DNA of 64,000 nt from positions 256,001-320,000 of the forward strand of contig CAWJCS010000001.1 in assembly GCA_963841435.1 (NCBI GenBank), read 5' to 3'. Shown one piece after another: positions 30,740-40,847 of the stretch. A model generated the notes under the pieces. That model searched no databases and was not told the DNA's origin. It was given only the letters and a program-made list of their open reading frames with translations. The number at the start of each line of letters is the position of its first letter. Position 1 is the first letter of the stretch. This DNA is from an uncultured delta proteobacterium (lineage in GTDB: Bacteria > Myxococcota_A > Polyangia > Polyangiales > Polyangiaceae). Position numbers and translations under genes: made by a program.

Positions 30740-33700
30740 ATGGACCTCGCTCTCACGGCCTTGCGCAAAGTGAACTTCGATTGGGCTGCTCGGATCGACC
30801 AGATCTGGGTTGATCAGACCTACGAAACGACCCGGCTTCAGACGGACATCCGACAAGAGCTCCAGGAGCGGCTCGAAGATCTTGCCGACAGCGGGGAATC
30901 GGCGTCTCCGTTGGGGATCCCGCTCCTTGGGCCGGCAGGTTCGGGAAAGACGCACCTGCTCGGTGTCCTTCGGCGTCAAGCGCTGGCGCAACGGATGTAC
31001 TTCATCCTCGCGGACATGACGGACGTCGGGGACTTCTGGGAAACCGTCTCGCTCGGCTACCTCCGTTCGTTGCAGCAGCCGCTGTCGGCCGATCGGAGGC
31101 AGGTGGATCACTGGCTCGACAGGATGATCGCCCTGTTCGGTCAGAGCATGAAGAAGCCCGAAGATATCCCGAAGCAGCGGCCGCCGGGGCTGATCAACCG
31201 CACCGAGGAGCTGATGGCGCAGGTCCGCATCAAGCACCGCGCCGAGGTGCAGGAGCACTCGGATGTCCTGCGTGCGTTGATCCTGTTCGCTTGCGACCAC
31301 GTCGATGTCAATGATCTTGGCTACAAGTGGCTTCAGGGGCTGGTCATCGACGAAGACGAAGCCGGATTGTTTGGTTTTCGGCAACGTAGCCAGACGCCGT
31401 CGAGAATCGTGCGCGGCCTCGCTTGGCTTCTTTCGCTGACGGGGTCGAGCGTCCTCGCCCTCGATCAGCTGGACGCTATCGTAGCCGAACACGAACTGGC
31501 TCGTGGCGAGGCGGACGCCGAGTTCCCGTCGGAGCAGCAGCGCCGATCGCTCAGCATCATCCAGGGCATAGCGGGAGGGCTCCGTGAGCTTCGAGACGTA
31601 ACTCGGCGCACCCTGTCCGTCGTTTCCTCGCTCGAGGCGACCTGGGAAATTCTCGATCGTCAGGCAACGGTCAGCATGGCTGACCGCTTCGACAGCAAGC
31701 TCCTCTTGAAGCCGGGGTCGGGTCCCGAGGCTTCGCGCGAGCTCGTTGTCGGGCGCCTGCTCCCCGCGTACGAACAGCAGGGATTCAATCCGCCGTACCC
31801 GTCGTTTCCGTACGGTGATCAGTTCTTCGAGCTCTATCGGCGCAACACCCCCCGCGAGCTTCTCAAGGCCTGCGAAGCGCACAGGAAAGCCTGTCGCAAG
31901 GCAGAACGCGTTACGGAAGCAACCAGTCTCGAGCCTGGCACGCCCCCGCCCGTCCGATCGCCTGGTTGGAAGGAATCCATCGCCGCGCGTGTTGCCGAGC
32001 TGGTGCGCCGTGCCGATCTGGACACGGTGCTCGGCGATGAATCGGAAGCCTTGCAAGACCGAATTGTCGAGGCAGCGTGCGATGCGCTAGTCCTCGAAAA
32101 TCCAGTGCCTGAATCCGTTCTCGCCCAGGTCGACAAGGACTTCATGGGAACGGGGAGCTATGACCCGCTTCACGCGCGGGTGCGTCTGATCCTCACCCAA
32201 CAGTCCGAGCGGGAGCGGCACCACTCCTTTCGATTCTTGGAAAAATCTCACCATCGAGCGTTTCAGGCGCGCTTGAAGGCTGCGTTGACTGCCTCTGGCG
32301 TCGACCAGGATCTAAGCTTTCGTGGCCTCACGGTGCTTCGGGTGAGTGCCATTCCCTCCGGTGCGGCGACGCAGAAGCTCGTCGCTGATCTCCACGCGCG
32401 CGGCGGACGTATCGTGACGCCTTCCCGAGAGGATCTTTCGACGCTCCTTGCCATCAAGGAGCTCCTCGAAGCATCGAGTGACGCCCCGCGCTTCGAGGAT
32501 TGGCTTGCCGAGGAGCGCCCCGTGTCGAAGATGGGGTGCTTCAAGGACGCAGCGCAGGCGCTGTTCGGGGCGTTTGGTGCCGAACGGAGCGGTACTGAGG
32601 TTCCCAAGTCGCTGAACGGCACACATCCCACGCCGGCCGCGAGCGCTCGTCCGGTCGTCGCCCCCACGCAACCGACTCCGAACCCCGCGCACGCGGCGCC
32701 GGCCGTTCTCCCCATAGGGCGCCGACTGGCAGGCGGAGAACCTCAGGAGGAGGTCGGAATCACCCTCGATCGGCTCCCGTACCACACGTGCGTGTTCGCG
32801 GGCTCCGGCAGCGGCAAGACCGTGTTCCTCAAACGAGTCATCGAAGAGGCAGCACTGCTTGGCATCCCCAGCATCGTGCTCGACGGTGCCAACGATCTCT
32901 CGCGGCTCGGCGCAGCTTGGCCTGCGAAGCCGGATGCTTTCTCCGCCGATGACGAGCGGAAATCTCGACAGTACCTCGAGTGTTCCGAAGTCGTGGTGTG
33001 GACGCCGGGCGCGGCGAACGGCAACCCCATGCGCCTCAATCCGTTGCCTGATTTCGACACGCACTCCGGTTGCGCTGAGGAGCGAGAGGCCGAGCTTCAC
33101 GCCGCGATCGAAATCGCTACGTCGAGCATCGCAGACATGATCATCAAGGCGACCGGTAGCGCCGCGACGAAGCAGACCGCCATCCTCAAGTCCACGCTCC
33201 GCCACTTTGCCAAGCGCGGCGGCACAATCCGGGATCTCGCCGTGCTGCTCCGCGAGCCGCCGGAAGAAGTCATCGAGCCCTATGAAAAAGGTGACAAGCT
33301 GGCCCGCGAGCTCGCCGAGCTACTCCATGCAGAGCTCGAGAGCGACCCCCTCGTTGGTGGCGCGGGGGCTCCGCTCGATCCGAGCCTCCTTTTTCGGGCC
33401 AGCGTGCCCGGCAGGACTCGAATCTCGGTCCTGAGTCTGGTCGGCCTGGCGGGCTACGAACAGAAACGCCGGTTCGTCGACCAGCTGGCGAGCACGCTGT
33501 TCTCTTGGGCCAAGAAGACCCCGGCCCCGCCCGGCGGCATCCTGGGCTTGTTCGTGATGGACGAGGCCAAAGACTTCGTGCCCTCGGGAAAAAGCGTACC
33601 GGGCAAGGAGAACGTCAAGCGCCTTGCCGCTCAGGCGCGGAAGTACGGCCTTGGCTTGCTCTTCGCGACTCAGGAACCGAAGAGCATCGACCACGGCATC

Positions 33701-33952
33701 GTCTCGAACTGCTCGACACTGCTCGGCGGAAAAATGAACTCCCCAGCGGCAATCGCTGCGCTCCAGCAACTTCTCGCCGACAAGGGAACCCACGCCACCG
33801 ACGTTGGTTCACTCAAGCGGGGCACCTTCTATTTTGGCTCGGACTCGTACAAGCCCCGAAAGATCTCCACCTCGCTCTGCCTGAGCTATCACCCCTCCAC
33901 GCCGCCGAGCGAAGCAGAGGTTCTCGAGAGCGCGCGACGCTCCGCGCGCTGA
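30740..33952 (+). CDS. Double P-loop ATPase: N-terminal AAA-like domain plus C-terminal HerA/FtsK (DUF87-like) domain
   Basis: GPAGSGKT and LALDQLD; then HTCVFAGSGSGKT, FVMDEAKDF, QARKYGLGLLFATQEP. RBS ggagg, start 1 bp after the upstream stop. Confidence 0.88.
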   Translation: MDLALTALRKVNFDWAARIDQIWVDQTYETTRLQTDIRQELQERLEDLADSGESASPLGIPLLGPAGSGKTHLLGVLRRQALAQRMYFILADMTDVGDFWETVSLGYLRSLQQPLSADRRQVDHWLDRMIALFGQSMKKPEDIPKQRPPGLINRTEELMAQVRIKHRAEVQEHSDVLRALILFACDHVDVNDLGYKWLQGLVIDEDEAGLFGFRQRSQTPSRIVRGLAWLLSLTGSSVLALDQLDAIVAEHELARGEADAEFPSEQQRRSLSIIQGIAGGLRELRDVTRRTLSVVSSLEATWEILDRQATVSMADRFDSKLLLKPGSGPEASRELVVGRLLPAYEQQGFNPPYPSFPYGDQFFELYRRNTPRELLKACEAHRKACRKAERVTEATSLEPGTPPPVRSPGWKESIAARVAELVRRADLDTVLGDESEALQDRIVEAACDALVLENPVPESVLAQVDKDFMGTGSYDPLHARVRLILTQQSERERHHSFRFLEKSHHRAFQARLKAALTASGVDQDLSFRGLTVLRVSAIPSGAATQKLVADLHARGGRIVTPSREDLSTLLAIKELLEASSDAPRFEDWLAEERPVSKMGCFKDAAQALFGAFGAERSGTEVPKSLNGTHPTPAASARPVVAPTQPTPNPAHAAPAVLPIGRRLAGGEPQEEVGITLDRLPYHTCVFAGSGSGKTVFLKRVIEEAALLGIPSIVLDGANDLSRLGAAWPAKPDAFSADDERKSRQYLECSEVVVWTPGAANGNPMRLNPLPDFDTHSGCAEEREAELHAAIEIATSSIADMIIKATGSAATKQTAILKSTLRHFAKRGGTIRDLAVLLREPPEEVIEPYEKGDKLARELAELLHAELESDPLVGGAGAPLDPSLLFRASVPGRTRISVLSLVGLAGYEQKRRFVDQLASTLFSWAKKTPAPPGGILGLFVMDEAKDFVPSGKSVPGKENVKRLAAQARKYGLGLLFATQEPKSIDHGIVSNCSTLLGGKMNSPAAIAALQQLLADKGTHATDVGSLKRGTFYFGSDSYKPRKISTSLCLSYHPSTPPSEAEVLESARRSAR

Positions 33953-34044
33953 CGGCGCCCACCCGTGCGCGAGCGCGGCACCGACAGCCGATCCATCTCC
34001 GGCAGTTGGGGGCGCAGAGCTCGATGGAGGAGATCTTGCTGGCG

Positions 34045-34545
34045 TCACCGCCGCGACCGCGCTCGCGGCGTGCTCCGTGCGCGCTTCTTCCGGTGTCGCT
34101 GGGCTCGCTCGAGCGCTTCTAGATCCGCCAGGTCCTGAGCGCGCGCAAAGTGCCGCTTTTCCGCCACGAGATCGGACAGGCTCAGAAAGTTCGCTGGGGT
34201 CTTGCCGAAGCTCGCCTGCACGCGGCGCTTCCAGGCCTGGGCGAAGGTGGCCGTAAACAGGCGCGGCAGAAGATCGACACGGACCGGAGCGACGCCGAGC
34301 TGAACGATGACCTCGGGGTCGAGAAGGTTCTCCACGTTCACGTAGCTCGGCGCCGTGCCGCCGAAGAACGCCGTGAGGGCTTTGACGACGCGCTTGGCGT
34401 TCCGCGGACCGGGAGCCACGTAGAGATCGAGATCTTTGGTGGCTCGCGGCCGCGCGTGAAACGCAACGGCGTGGGCCCCTCCGATCAGGTACTCAGCGCC
34501 GGCCGAGTTCAACTCTGCGAGCAACTCTTCGAAGTCGGGGTACAT
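34045..34545 (-). CDS. Nucleotidyltransferase (DUF6036-like)
   Basis: YLIGGAHAVAFHARPRATKDLD...PVRVDLL...K...R.QDLADL. Confidence 0.85.
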   Translation of the reverse strand: MYPDFEELLAELNSAGAEYLIGGAHAVAFHARPRATKDLDLYVAPGPRNAKRVVKALTAFFGGTAPSYVNVENLLDPEVIVQLGVAPVRVDLLPRLFTATFAQAWKRRVQASFGKTPANFLSLSDLVAEKRHFARAQDLADLEALERAQRHRKKRARSTPRARSRR

Positions 34546-34726
34546 GAGACCTGCCCTGGGCCCTGAGCGCGCTCTGTGTGCAGTCGAACACCGCCCGGAC
34601 GCGGGCTTCCGGGGTCATGCGGCGCCAGAACTCCGCGTCCACCTGGGCGGCCTCCGCAAGCGGAACGAGCGAAACCTGCCAGCGGCGGCCATGCCCGTCC
34701 ACGTGCCGTTGCGTCCTCGTCTTCAC
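34493..34726 (-). CDS. Small partner protein overlapping the nucleotidyltransferase start
   Basis: ...DAEFWRRMTPEARVRAV...PRLRRVARRV; resembles the 8491 protein. Confidence 0.6.
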   Translation of the reverse strand: MKTRTQRHVDGHGRRWQVSLVPLAEAAQVDAEFWRRMTPEARVRAVFDCTQSALRAQGRSHVPRLRRVARRVELGRR

Positions 34727-34806
34727 CTTCAACACGCAGAGCCTACCATGGGGTTCCTCCAACCACCCGGCCTGGCGAGCCGTGCGCGGCTGCCCCGCGC
34801 TGCCGC

Positions 34807-37356
34807 TCACTGGAGCTGGAACCGCTGGTTGTCCTCGCGGAAGATCACGCGGCCGTCCTTGCTCGACTCCAGCACGAGGACCGCGGCGGTGCCGGTCATC
34901 GGTGCCGTCACGCTGAGCGGGGTCGTCATGTGCTGTCCGAGCGGTATGTCGAGATGCATGGACCCCTGGTCGGCGATGGGGCCGTCCGCAGCGGCTTCGT
35001 GCATCTCCCATGCAACGTCAATCGCCGTGCCGGCGAAGGTGTCGTTGAAGACGACGAGCTGCCGCGAGAGGGTCTGCCCTTGGCTCACGCTCGTGATGAC
35101 CGTCGGCCAGTCACCGGCGGCGTTGGACGTGTGGTTTGCTTCCCAGTACGCGACGTCGGCCACGAGCATCGGATTCATGGCGCGCTGGAGGCGCAGGATG
35201 ATGGGGTTCGACCAGGGATCGGGTAGATTGTCTTCGCCGTAGAGCGGCGGGCTGATCAGTTGCTCGGGGTACGTTGGCTCGAGCTTCATCATGGTGGTCT
35301 GAATGCCGGGAACGAAGCTTGCCCAGGCCGAGAGCAGCGTGTACGGCCTGAGATCGGCGGCGTCCTTCTGGCGCATCGTCACCGTGGACGTGGCAAACCA
35401 CATGAAGCCCTGAGGCGTCTGGTCCTTGGGCCAGATGAACTCGCCGACCCCGAACGGTCGCGTGGCGCTGACGGCGACCGTTTCGGTGTACGCGCCGATC
35501 CCATCCGGATAATGCGGGAAAACACTGAAATTGCTGGCCTGGATCGACGCGTAGCTTGCATCGAAGTTGGCGCCGCTGAGCGCGCTGTCGGCGCTAACCG
35601 GTCGCGTGTCGTCAGCGGTAGTGATCGCTTGGTAGAGCTTTAGCTCGAACTCGTTCGAGTTCGTGGCGTCGTATTCGGCCTCGTTCGCCTGGCTCCAGCG
35701 GATGACCGACGGGTGGTTCCGGTCGCGACGCACGAGCCCCGCTGCGTGCGAGAGCATGTTGTCCAGACCTTCCACGAAATCCTGGTCGTTGCTGGTGCCG
35801 CGGATGGCAGTCTCATCGATGATCATCATCCCCATCTCGTCCGCCACGTCGAGCATGTAGGGGCTGGCTGGCTCCTGATGGATGCGGCTGACGTTGTAGT
35901 TGAGGCGCTGGTAATTATCGACGGCCTTGGGCCAGCCGGGGTTCTCGTCCGAAGGCGGCAGGAACCCCGGGACGAGATCGTAAGCGTCGGACACGTCCTT
36001 CGCCGCCTTGATGCTGTCGTAGTTCGCGCCCTGCAGGTTGTCTCCACGGAAGTTGACGCGCACCCCGTTGAGCTCGTAGTGCGCCCCCACTTGCCGGATT
36101 TCACGGAACCCGAAGCGCACCGGGATCGCGTGAGCCGCATCGGCACCACCCGCAGACTCCGCGGGCGTGACCGCTACGCGCGCGACGTGCAGCTGGGCGC
36201 GGTACCCTTCGGTGTAGGGGACGTTGGGCCACCAGTACGAAGACGGCCCGAGCCCCCACGAAACGGGGCCGACGGTCACCTTCACCTCCATGCCCGCGGG
36301 AACCGAAACGGGCACGCCCGGCAACGTGGGATAGACGAGCGGGTCGCAGACAAAGCTAGATAGCTCGACGCTGACCGTGCCAGTCGCCGCCGCAGCACCG
36401 TCGTTCTTCACCCAGACATCGACGCTGAGCCGGTCGGAGGCGACCTCCGTGCGCACGAAGGCGTCGGACACGTGCAGCGCCGGCATGACCCGAAGCGCCG
36501 CCGACCGGAAGATCCCCTGCGGGATGTTGGCGGTCCACCCCGCGGCATCGGGCACCAGCTTCCGGTCGGTCGACGAATGGAGCGCGTCGCGCCCTTGCAC
36601 GTCGAGCGTGAGCTTCTGGCTCGTCCCAGGAGTCACCGCGCCCGTTGCATCGAACACGGACGGTGTGAAGGAAGTGGTATTGGTGCCCACCGCCGTTCCG
36701 TCGATGCTCAGCGTCGCCCGGTGATTGACCGCACCGAGCTCCAGGTACGTCGCCTGCGGACGGCCGAGGTCCGGAATCGAGACCGTCTTTTCGTAGCTGG
36801 CGGAGCTCACGTGAAACCCTTGCGCGAGCCACCCGCCCCCCGGCACTTCGATCGTGGTTGCCGCCGCGCCCGCCGGCGTGAACGCCCAGCTGCCGGCGAG
36901 CGACACCACCATTTCACCCGAGGGCAGAACGGTGCAGTTGCCTCCGGCGCCGCCCGTGGCCGTGCCGGCGGACCCGGCGCTACCAGCGACGCCTGCATCA
37001 CCGCCGAGGCCTGCATCGCCGCCGAGCCCTGCACCGCCGCCGAGCCCTGCATCGCCACCGAGCCCTGCACCGCCCCCCAGGCCCGCGCCGCCGCCAAGGC
37101 CAGCGTTGCCATCCGAACCCGCAGCGCCACCGAAGCCGGCGGCAGCACCTAGGCCAGCGCCTCCGCCGACTGCTTGGCCGCCCGTCCCTGACGTAGCTCC
37201 AGCCGCGCCGCCCGCGCCGCCCGCGGTACCGCCACCGCGCGCTTGGTCTTCACCGCAACCCGCCGCGGTCGCTGCTATCCAAATCCCGATTCCGACGGCG
37301 TGAATTCGGAATCGACGCGCTCCACGAGAGGTGAAAGAAGCGAAGAGCCCGCTCAT
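34807..37356 (-). CDS. Glycoside hydrolase family 2 lipoprotein
   Basis: AAGC lipobox, SLAGSW, RFGFREI, LNG, RIHQ, DVADEMGM, RDRNHPSVIRWSQANE, GVGEF. Confidence 0.9.
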   Translation of the reverse strand: MSGLFASFTSRGARRFRIHAVGIGIWIAATAAGCGEDQARGGGTAGGAGGAAGATSGTGGQAVGGGAGLGAAAGFGGAAGSDGNAGLGGGAGLGGGAGLGGDAGLGGGAGLGGDAGLGGDAGVAGSAGSAGTATGGAGGNCTVLPSGEMVVSLAGSWAFTPAGAAATTIEVPGGGWLAQGFHVSSASYEKTVSIPDLGRPQATYLELGAVNHRATLSIDGTAVGTNTTSFTPSVFDATGAVTPGTSQKLTLDVQGRDALHSSTDRKLVPDAAGWTANIPQGIFRSAALRVMPALHVSDAFVRTEVASDRLSVDVWVKNDGAAAATGTVSVELSSFVCDPLVYPTLPGVPVSVPAGMEVKVTVGPVSWGLGPSSYWWPNVPYTEGYRAQLHVARVAVTPAESAGGADAAHAIPVRFGFREIRQVGAHYELNGVRVNFRGDNLQGANYDSIKAAKDVSDAYDLVPGFLPPSDENPGWPKAVDNYQRLNYNVSRIHQEPASPYMLDVADEMGMMIIDETAIRGTSNDQDFVEGLDNMLSHAAGLVRRDRNHPSVIRWSQANEAEYDATNSNEFELKLYQAITTADDTRPVSADSALSGANFDASYASIQASNFSVFPHYPDGIGAYTETVAVSATRPFGVGEFIWPKDQTPQGFMWFATSTVTMRQKDAADLRPYTLLSAWASFVPGIQTTMMKLEPTYPEQLISPPLYGEDNLPDPWSNPIILRLQRAMNPMLVADVAYWEANHTSNAAGDWPTVITSVSQGQTLSRQLVVFNDTFAGTAIDVAWEMHEAAADGPIADQGSMHLDIPLGQHMTTPLSVTAPMTGTAAVLVLESSKDGRVIFREDNQRFQLQ

Positions 37357-37453
37357 ACGCGAAACGTAACACGCCCGCAGGATCCGGGGCGCCTCGCGCC
37401 GTACTCGGCAGCTCGTGGTCCGAGCACTCGAGCCGTGACGTCCGTGGCGCGCG

Positions 37454-39277
37454 TCAGTTGCAGACGGCGGTGTCGTCGTTGCCGAAGGAGGCGTAGTAGC
37501 CCATGAAGTTGACGAGCTGCTCGTGCAGGGCGTCGGCGGCGCACTGGGGCAGGAGCGGATTGACTCGCACGAAAAGGAACTCCTCCAGCGAGGTAAGACT
37601 CGCGAGACCCGCGATGCTCGACAGCGCATCGTTCCTCTCGATCGCCAGGTCTAGCCCGATGGACGTGAGGCTCTCGAGACCGTCGAGGTTCGGTAGGACC
37701 GCGTCGTCCTGAATGGACACGCTGCCCCCGACGCTGGTGAGCTGGTCGAGGCCCGCAAGGCTCCCCAGCGCGTCGGCTTGGGTGATGGAGAGATCGCCGC
37801 CGATGCTGGTCACGCCCAAGAGACCGGCGATGCTCTCGAGTGCGGGGTTGTCGGTGAGCAGGACGTCACCCGCGATCGACGCGGGGCCCTTTAGGCCATC
37901 GAGACTGACGAGCGCGGGGTTCTTGGACAGAGAGAGACCGCCGAGCTCGGTGAGGTTGGAAAAGGTCGTGAGGTCCGTGAGCGTGGGATGTTGGCGAATC
38001 GACAGCGACCCGACGGACCTGAGTTGGTGCAGTGGGCTCAAGTCATCGATCGGTGGAACGATCAGGGTCGTCCCGACCCTCGTGAGACTCTCGAGCCCCT
38101 GGATGCTGGTGAGAGCATCGCCCGTCACCAGCAGGTAGTCCCCGATCGACGTTAGGCTGTCGAGCCCAGCCAAGCTCGTGATCGGCGTGTCCTCGATGCG
38201 CACGAAACCGCCGACGGCGGCCAGCCCATCGAGGCCGGCGAGGCTCTCGAGACCGGCGTTCCCCACGAGCCACAAGTCGCCACCCACGTAGCTGACATTG
38301 CGGAGCGCACCGATGCTGGTGAGCGCCCTGGTGTCGCGCACTCGGAGGTCGCCTCCAATCGCGGTCAGGCTCTCGAGGCCGTGTAGACTCTCGAGAGGAC
38401 CGGTCCCCTGGATCAGCAGGGTCCCGGTGACCGTGGTCACGTGGTCCAGAGCGCTCAGGTCCAGGGTGCCGTTGTTCGCGAAGCCCAGGTCACCCGTGCA
38501 GGTCACGGCCTCGAGCGCGCTCATGTCCTCGAGAGCGCCGTTACCACCGACCCACAGACCGCCCGGGAAGGCAGTGAGCGTGAGGCCGTCGAGGCTCTGG
38601 AGCGCGTCGCTGCGCACCATGCTGAAAGACCCCCCGAGGTAAACGAGGTTCTTCAAACCGTCGAGGCTCTTCAACGCCGTCATGTCATTGAGCGAGAGGT
38701 TCCCGCCGATCGCGACGAGCGACTCGAGCCCCGCGAGACTCTCGATGGTCGGCGCTGCAAGCTCAACGTCAGTCTTGACGGAAGTACAGCCCGCCAGTTC
38801 CGCGAGCCCTGCTTCCGACGTGACCACGAACGGGCCGTCGCACGGATTCGCGTCCGCGGCCGCACACTGACCGATGATGCACGGGTCTTGAATCTCGCAA
38901 GTGAGCTCCGGCACGGGAGGCCCGCCATCGTCTCCGCCGCTGCCCCCCATGCCCGCGCCCGCGCCCGCGCCCGACGAGCCCGCGCCGCCCCCCGTTCCCC
39001 CAGCGCCCGACTGAGCCCCACCGCTACCCCCCGCCGCCAAGCCACCGCCACCGCCTGACACGCCGCCCGAAGCCCCACCGCCCGAAACCCCGCTGCCGGC
39101 ACTCCCACCCGCACCGCCACCCCCCACAGCCGAGCTCCCGGCAGCGGCACCCGCACCGCCTCCACTCACGGGCGCCGGCGCACCCGAATCGCTAGACGCC
39201 TGCCCGCACGAAACACCGAGCACGGCGCACACCCCCAAAAGCGCACGGCCCGCCACGAGCCCGCGCCCCGCCGTCAC
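37454..39277 (-). CDS. Receptor-L-domain/leucine-rich repeat lipoprotein
   Basis: GVSC lipobox; many L.SL.GL..LT.IGGDL.I..N repeats. Confidence 0.85.
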   Translation of the reverse strand: MTAGRGLVAGRALLGVCAVLGVSCGQASSDSGAPAPVSGGGAGAAAGSSAVGGGGAGGSAGSGVSGGGASGGVSGGGGGLAAGGSGGAQSGAGGTGGGAGSSGAGAGAGMGGSGGDDGGPPVPELTCEIQDPCIIGQCAAADANPCDGPFVVTSEAGLAELAGCTSVKTDVELAAPTIESLAGLESLVAIGGNLSLNDMTALKSLDGLKNLVYLGGSFSMVRSDALQSLDGLTLTAFPGGLWVGGNGALEDMSALEAVTCTGDLGFANNGTLDLSALDHVTTVTGTLLIQGTGPLESLHGLESLTAIGGDLRVRDTRALTSIGALRNVSYVGGDLWLVGNAGLESLAGLDGLAAVGGFVRIEDTPITSLAGLDSLTSIGDYLLVTGDALTSIQGLESLTRVGTTLIVPPIDDLSPLHQLRSVGSLSIRQHPTLTDLTTFSNLTELGGLSLSKNPALVSLDGLKGPASIAGDVLLTDNPALESIAGLLGVTSIGGDLSITQADALGSLAGLDQLTSVGGSVSIQDDAVLPNLDGLESLTSIGLDLAIERNDALSSIAGLASLTSLEEFLFVRVNPLLPQCAADALHEQLVNFMGYYASFGNDDTAVCN

Positions 39278-39366
39278 TCCGCACTCCTCCGCACCATTTT
39301 CGAATCCTAGCGCACGGAATCAGAGCGGCAACGAGCGAATCGAAGCGAGATTCGCCGGGACAATGC

Positions 39367-39537
39367 TCAAGCTGGTGGGTGGCAACGCGTGACGGCATCC
39401 GGCGCTTCAAGGATGATATCGAATCCGCCCTGAAGATCGGCGAGCAGCTCGTCGCCCAGTCCGTCGCGCCGGTCGTCGTACCAGGCGGCAGCGTCGTCGA
39501 TCTCCGTCTCGGCTTCAGCGAGGAAGACGACCTTCAC
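39367..39537 (-). pseudogene. ParE/RelE toxin, truncated (56 aa)
   Basis: MKVVFLAEAETEIDDAAAWYDDRRDGLGDELL..., then premature TGA. Confidence 0.8.
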
Positions 39538-39766
39538 GACGAGCCTTCAACCGGGCGGCGATGCGTTCGCGAGCAGCTTCCCAATCCACCAGGTTCGCCG
39601 TCCCATCCGCAACGGCCTGGGCGCGGCGGTCGAGCTCGGTGATCCACGCGCTTTCGGCGTCCGGCTCGGCCGCCTCGTGCAAGCTCTCCAGCAGCGCGTG
39701 GGCGGGGTCGGCTCGCTCGTCGGACGGCAGGGCCAGGACTTCCTTGCGAAGCTTGTCAGCGTCCAC
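39515..39766 (-). CDS. Addiction-module antitoxin (TIGR02574-like)
   Basis: EVLALPSDERA..AHALLESL...AW..ELDRR...DWE; overlaps the toxin start. Confidence 0.85.
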   Translation of the reverse strand: MDADKLRKEVLALPSDERADPAHALLESLHEAAEPDAESAWITELDRRAQAVADGTANLVDWEAARERIAARLKARREGRLPR

Positions 39767-39833
39767 GCGGTGAGCATAGCGCGGTACGCGCCTCCGGACG
39801 ACCCCCACCTGCAGCATCCGGGGCGCGCGCACG

Positions 39834-39971
39834 GACGAGCGCGCGTTTTGGTTCCTGGTGCCGGCCACGTACGTGCGCCACGAGTCGGAGGTGCCGATGG
39901 CCGTGACGTGGCGGCTCGAACGTGCGTTGCCGGGGGATTTGTTTGTCGGGTTTGCGGCGGCGGTGGCGTAG
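39834..39971 (+). pseudogene. Orphan 3' end of a paralog of the helicase gene 41363..44524
   Basis: 138 bp colinear with 44387..44524; translates DERAFWFLVPATYVRHESEVPMAVTWRLERALPGDLFVGFAAAVA*. Confidence 0.9.
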
Positions 39972-39976
39972 GGGGT

Positions 39977-40411
39977 TCAGGGCACCGGACAGTAAGAGCT
40001 CGACAGGTCTTCCGCGAGGAACCAATCCCACCCTTTGATGCTGTCGACCAAGTGCCGAGCGGACAATATGTCGAAGCGCAGCTCCGGCGGGGCGTCGAAC
40101 GGTTCCGGCCATGATGCATCGATGTAGCCGTCACCCAAGACATACACGCCGCGCTCCTGGATGTCGGTGACGATGATGATCGCACTGCCGTCGGGGCAGA
40201 AGTTGACTTCCTGATAGCAATTGAGGAAGGACTCTGGGTCTTGGGCGGCCAGGCAATCCTCATAACTCTCGAATGGCTCGGTGACGTGCTGATACAGTCG
40301 ATGTTGGGAGAAATCGAGGGTCGTGGGTGCGGTGCCGTCGTCACTCCCGCATGCCGTACAAGCAATCAGCGCGCCGAGCGGCCATGCGGATCTGAGCAAA
40401 CTTCGGAGCAT
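39977..40411 (-). CDS. Hypothetical lipoprotein
   Basis: ALIACTAC lipobox; lower GC than the flanks. Confidence 0.6.
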   Translation of the reverse strand: MLRSLLRSAWPLGALIACTACGSDDGTAPTTLDFSQHRLYQHVTEPFESYEDCLAAQDPESFLNCYQEVNFCPDGSAIIIVTDIQERGVYVLGDGYIDASWPEPFDAPPELRFDILSARHLVDSIKGWDWFLAEDLSSSYCPVP

Positions 40412-40579
40412 GTCGCAGAGCCAAGCAAGCGCCATGCCGCACATTCCTCGCAACTCCACCGAGCGCCCGCGCCCCCGCGTGGCTCGACTTGTGCCACATC
40501 CGGACAACCGAGTCGTGCGGGCGCCACGGTCCGGCGCGATCGGAAGCTCGTCTCAAGTGCGGCCCGTCGCGCAACGCCG

Positions 40580-40847
40580 GAAGCGCTGGCGCTTGCGGCG
40601 AGCGAGCGAGCGCGCGCGCATAGCGCATGAGCTGATCCAGAGCCTCGAGCCGGAGGACTCCGACGCCGCCGCAGCCTGGAGCGACGAGATCCGACGACGC
40701 GTGGACGAGATCGAGGCGGGGACCGCCGAGCTCGAAGATTGGGAGACCGTTCGAGCCCGGCTCGAAGCCGCCGGTCGAACGTGACGCGGCTGCGGTTCCA
40801 CCGCGCCGCAAGCGCGGAAGCGGAGGCCGCGGTGCGTTGGTACAACG
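40580..40847 (+). pseudogene. Addiction-module antitoxin plus ParE start, remnant copy 1
   Basis: 268 bp nearly identical to 49004..49271; ..HELIQSLE..AWSDEIRRRV..DWE, then MTRLRFHRAASAEAEAAVRWYN. Confidence 0.85.
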
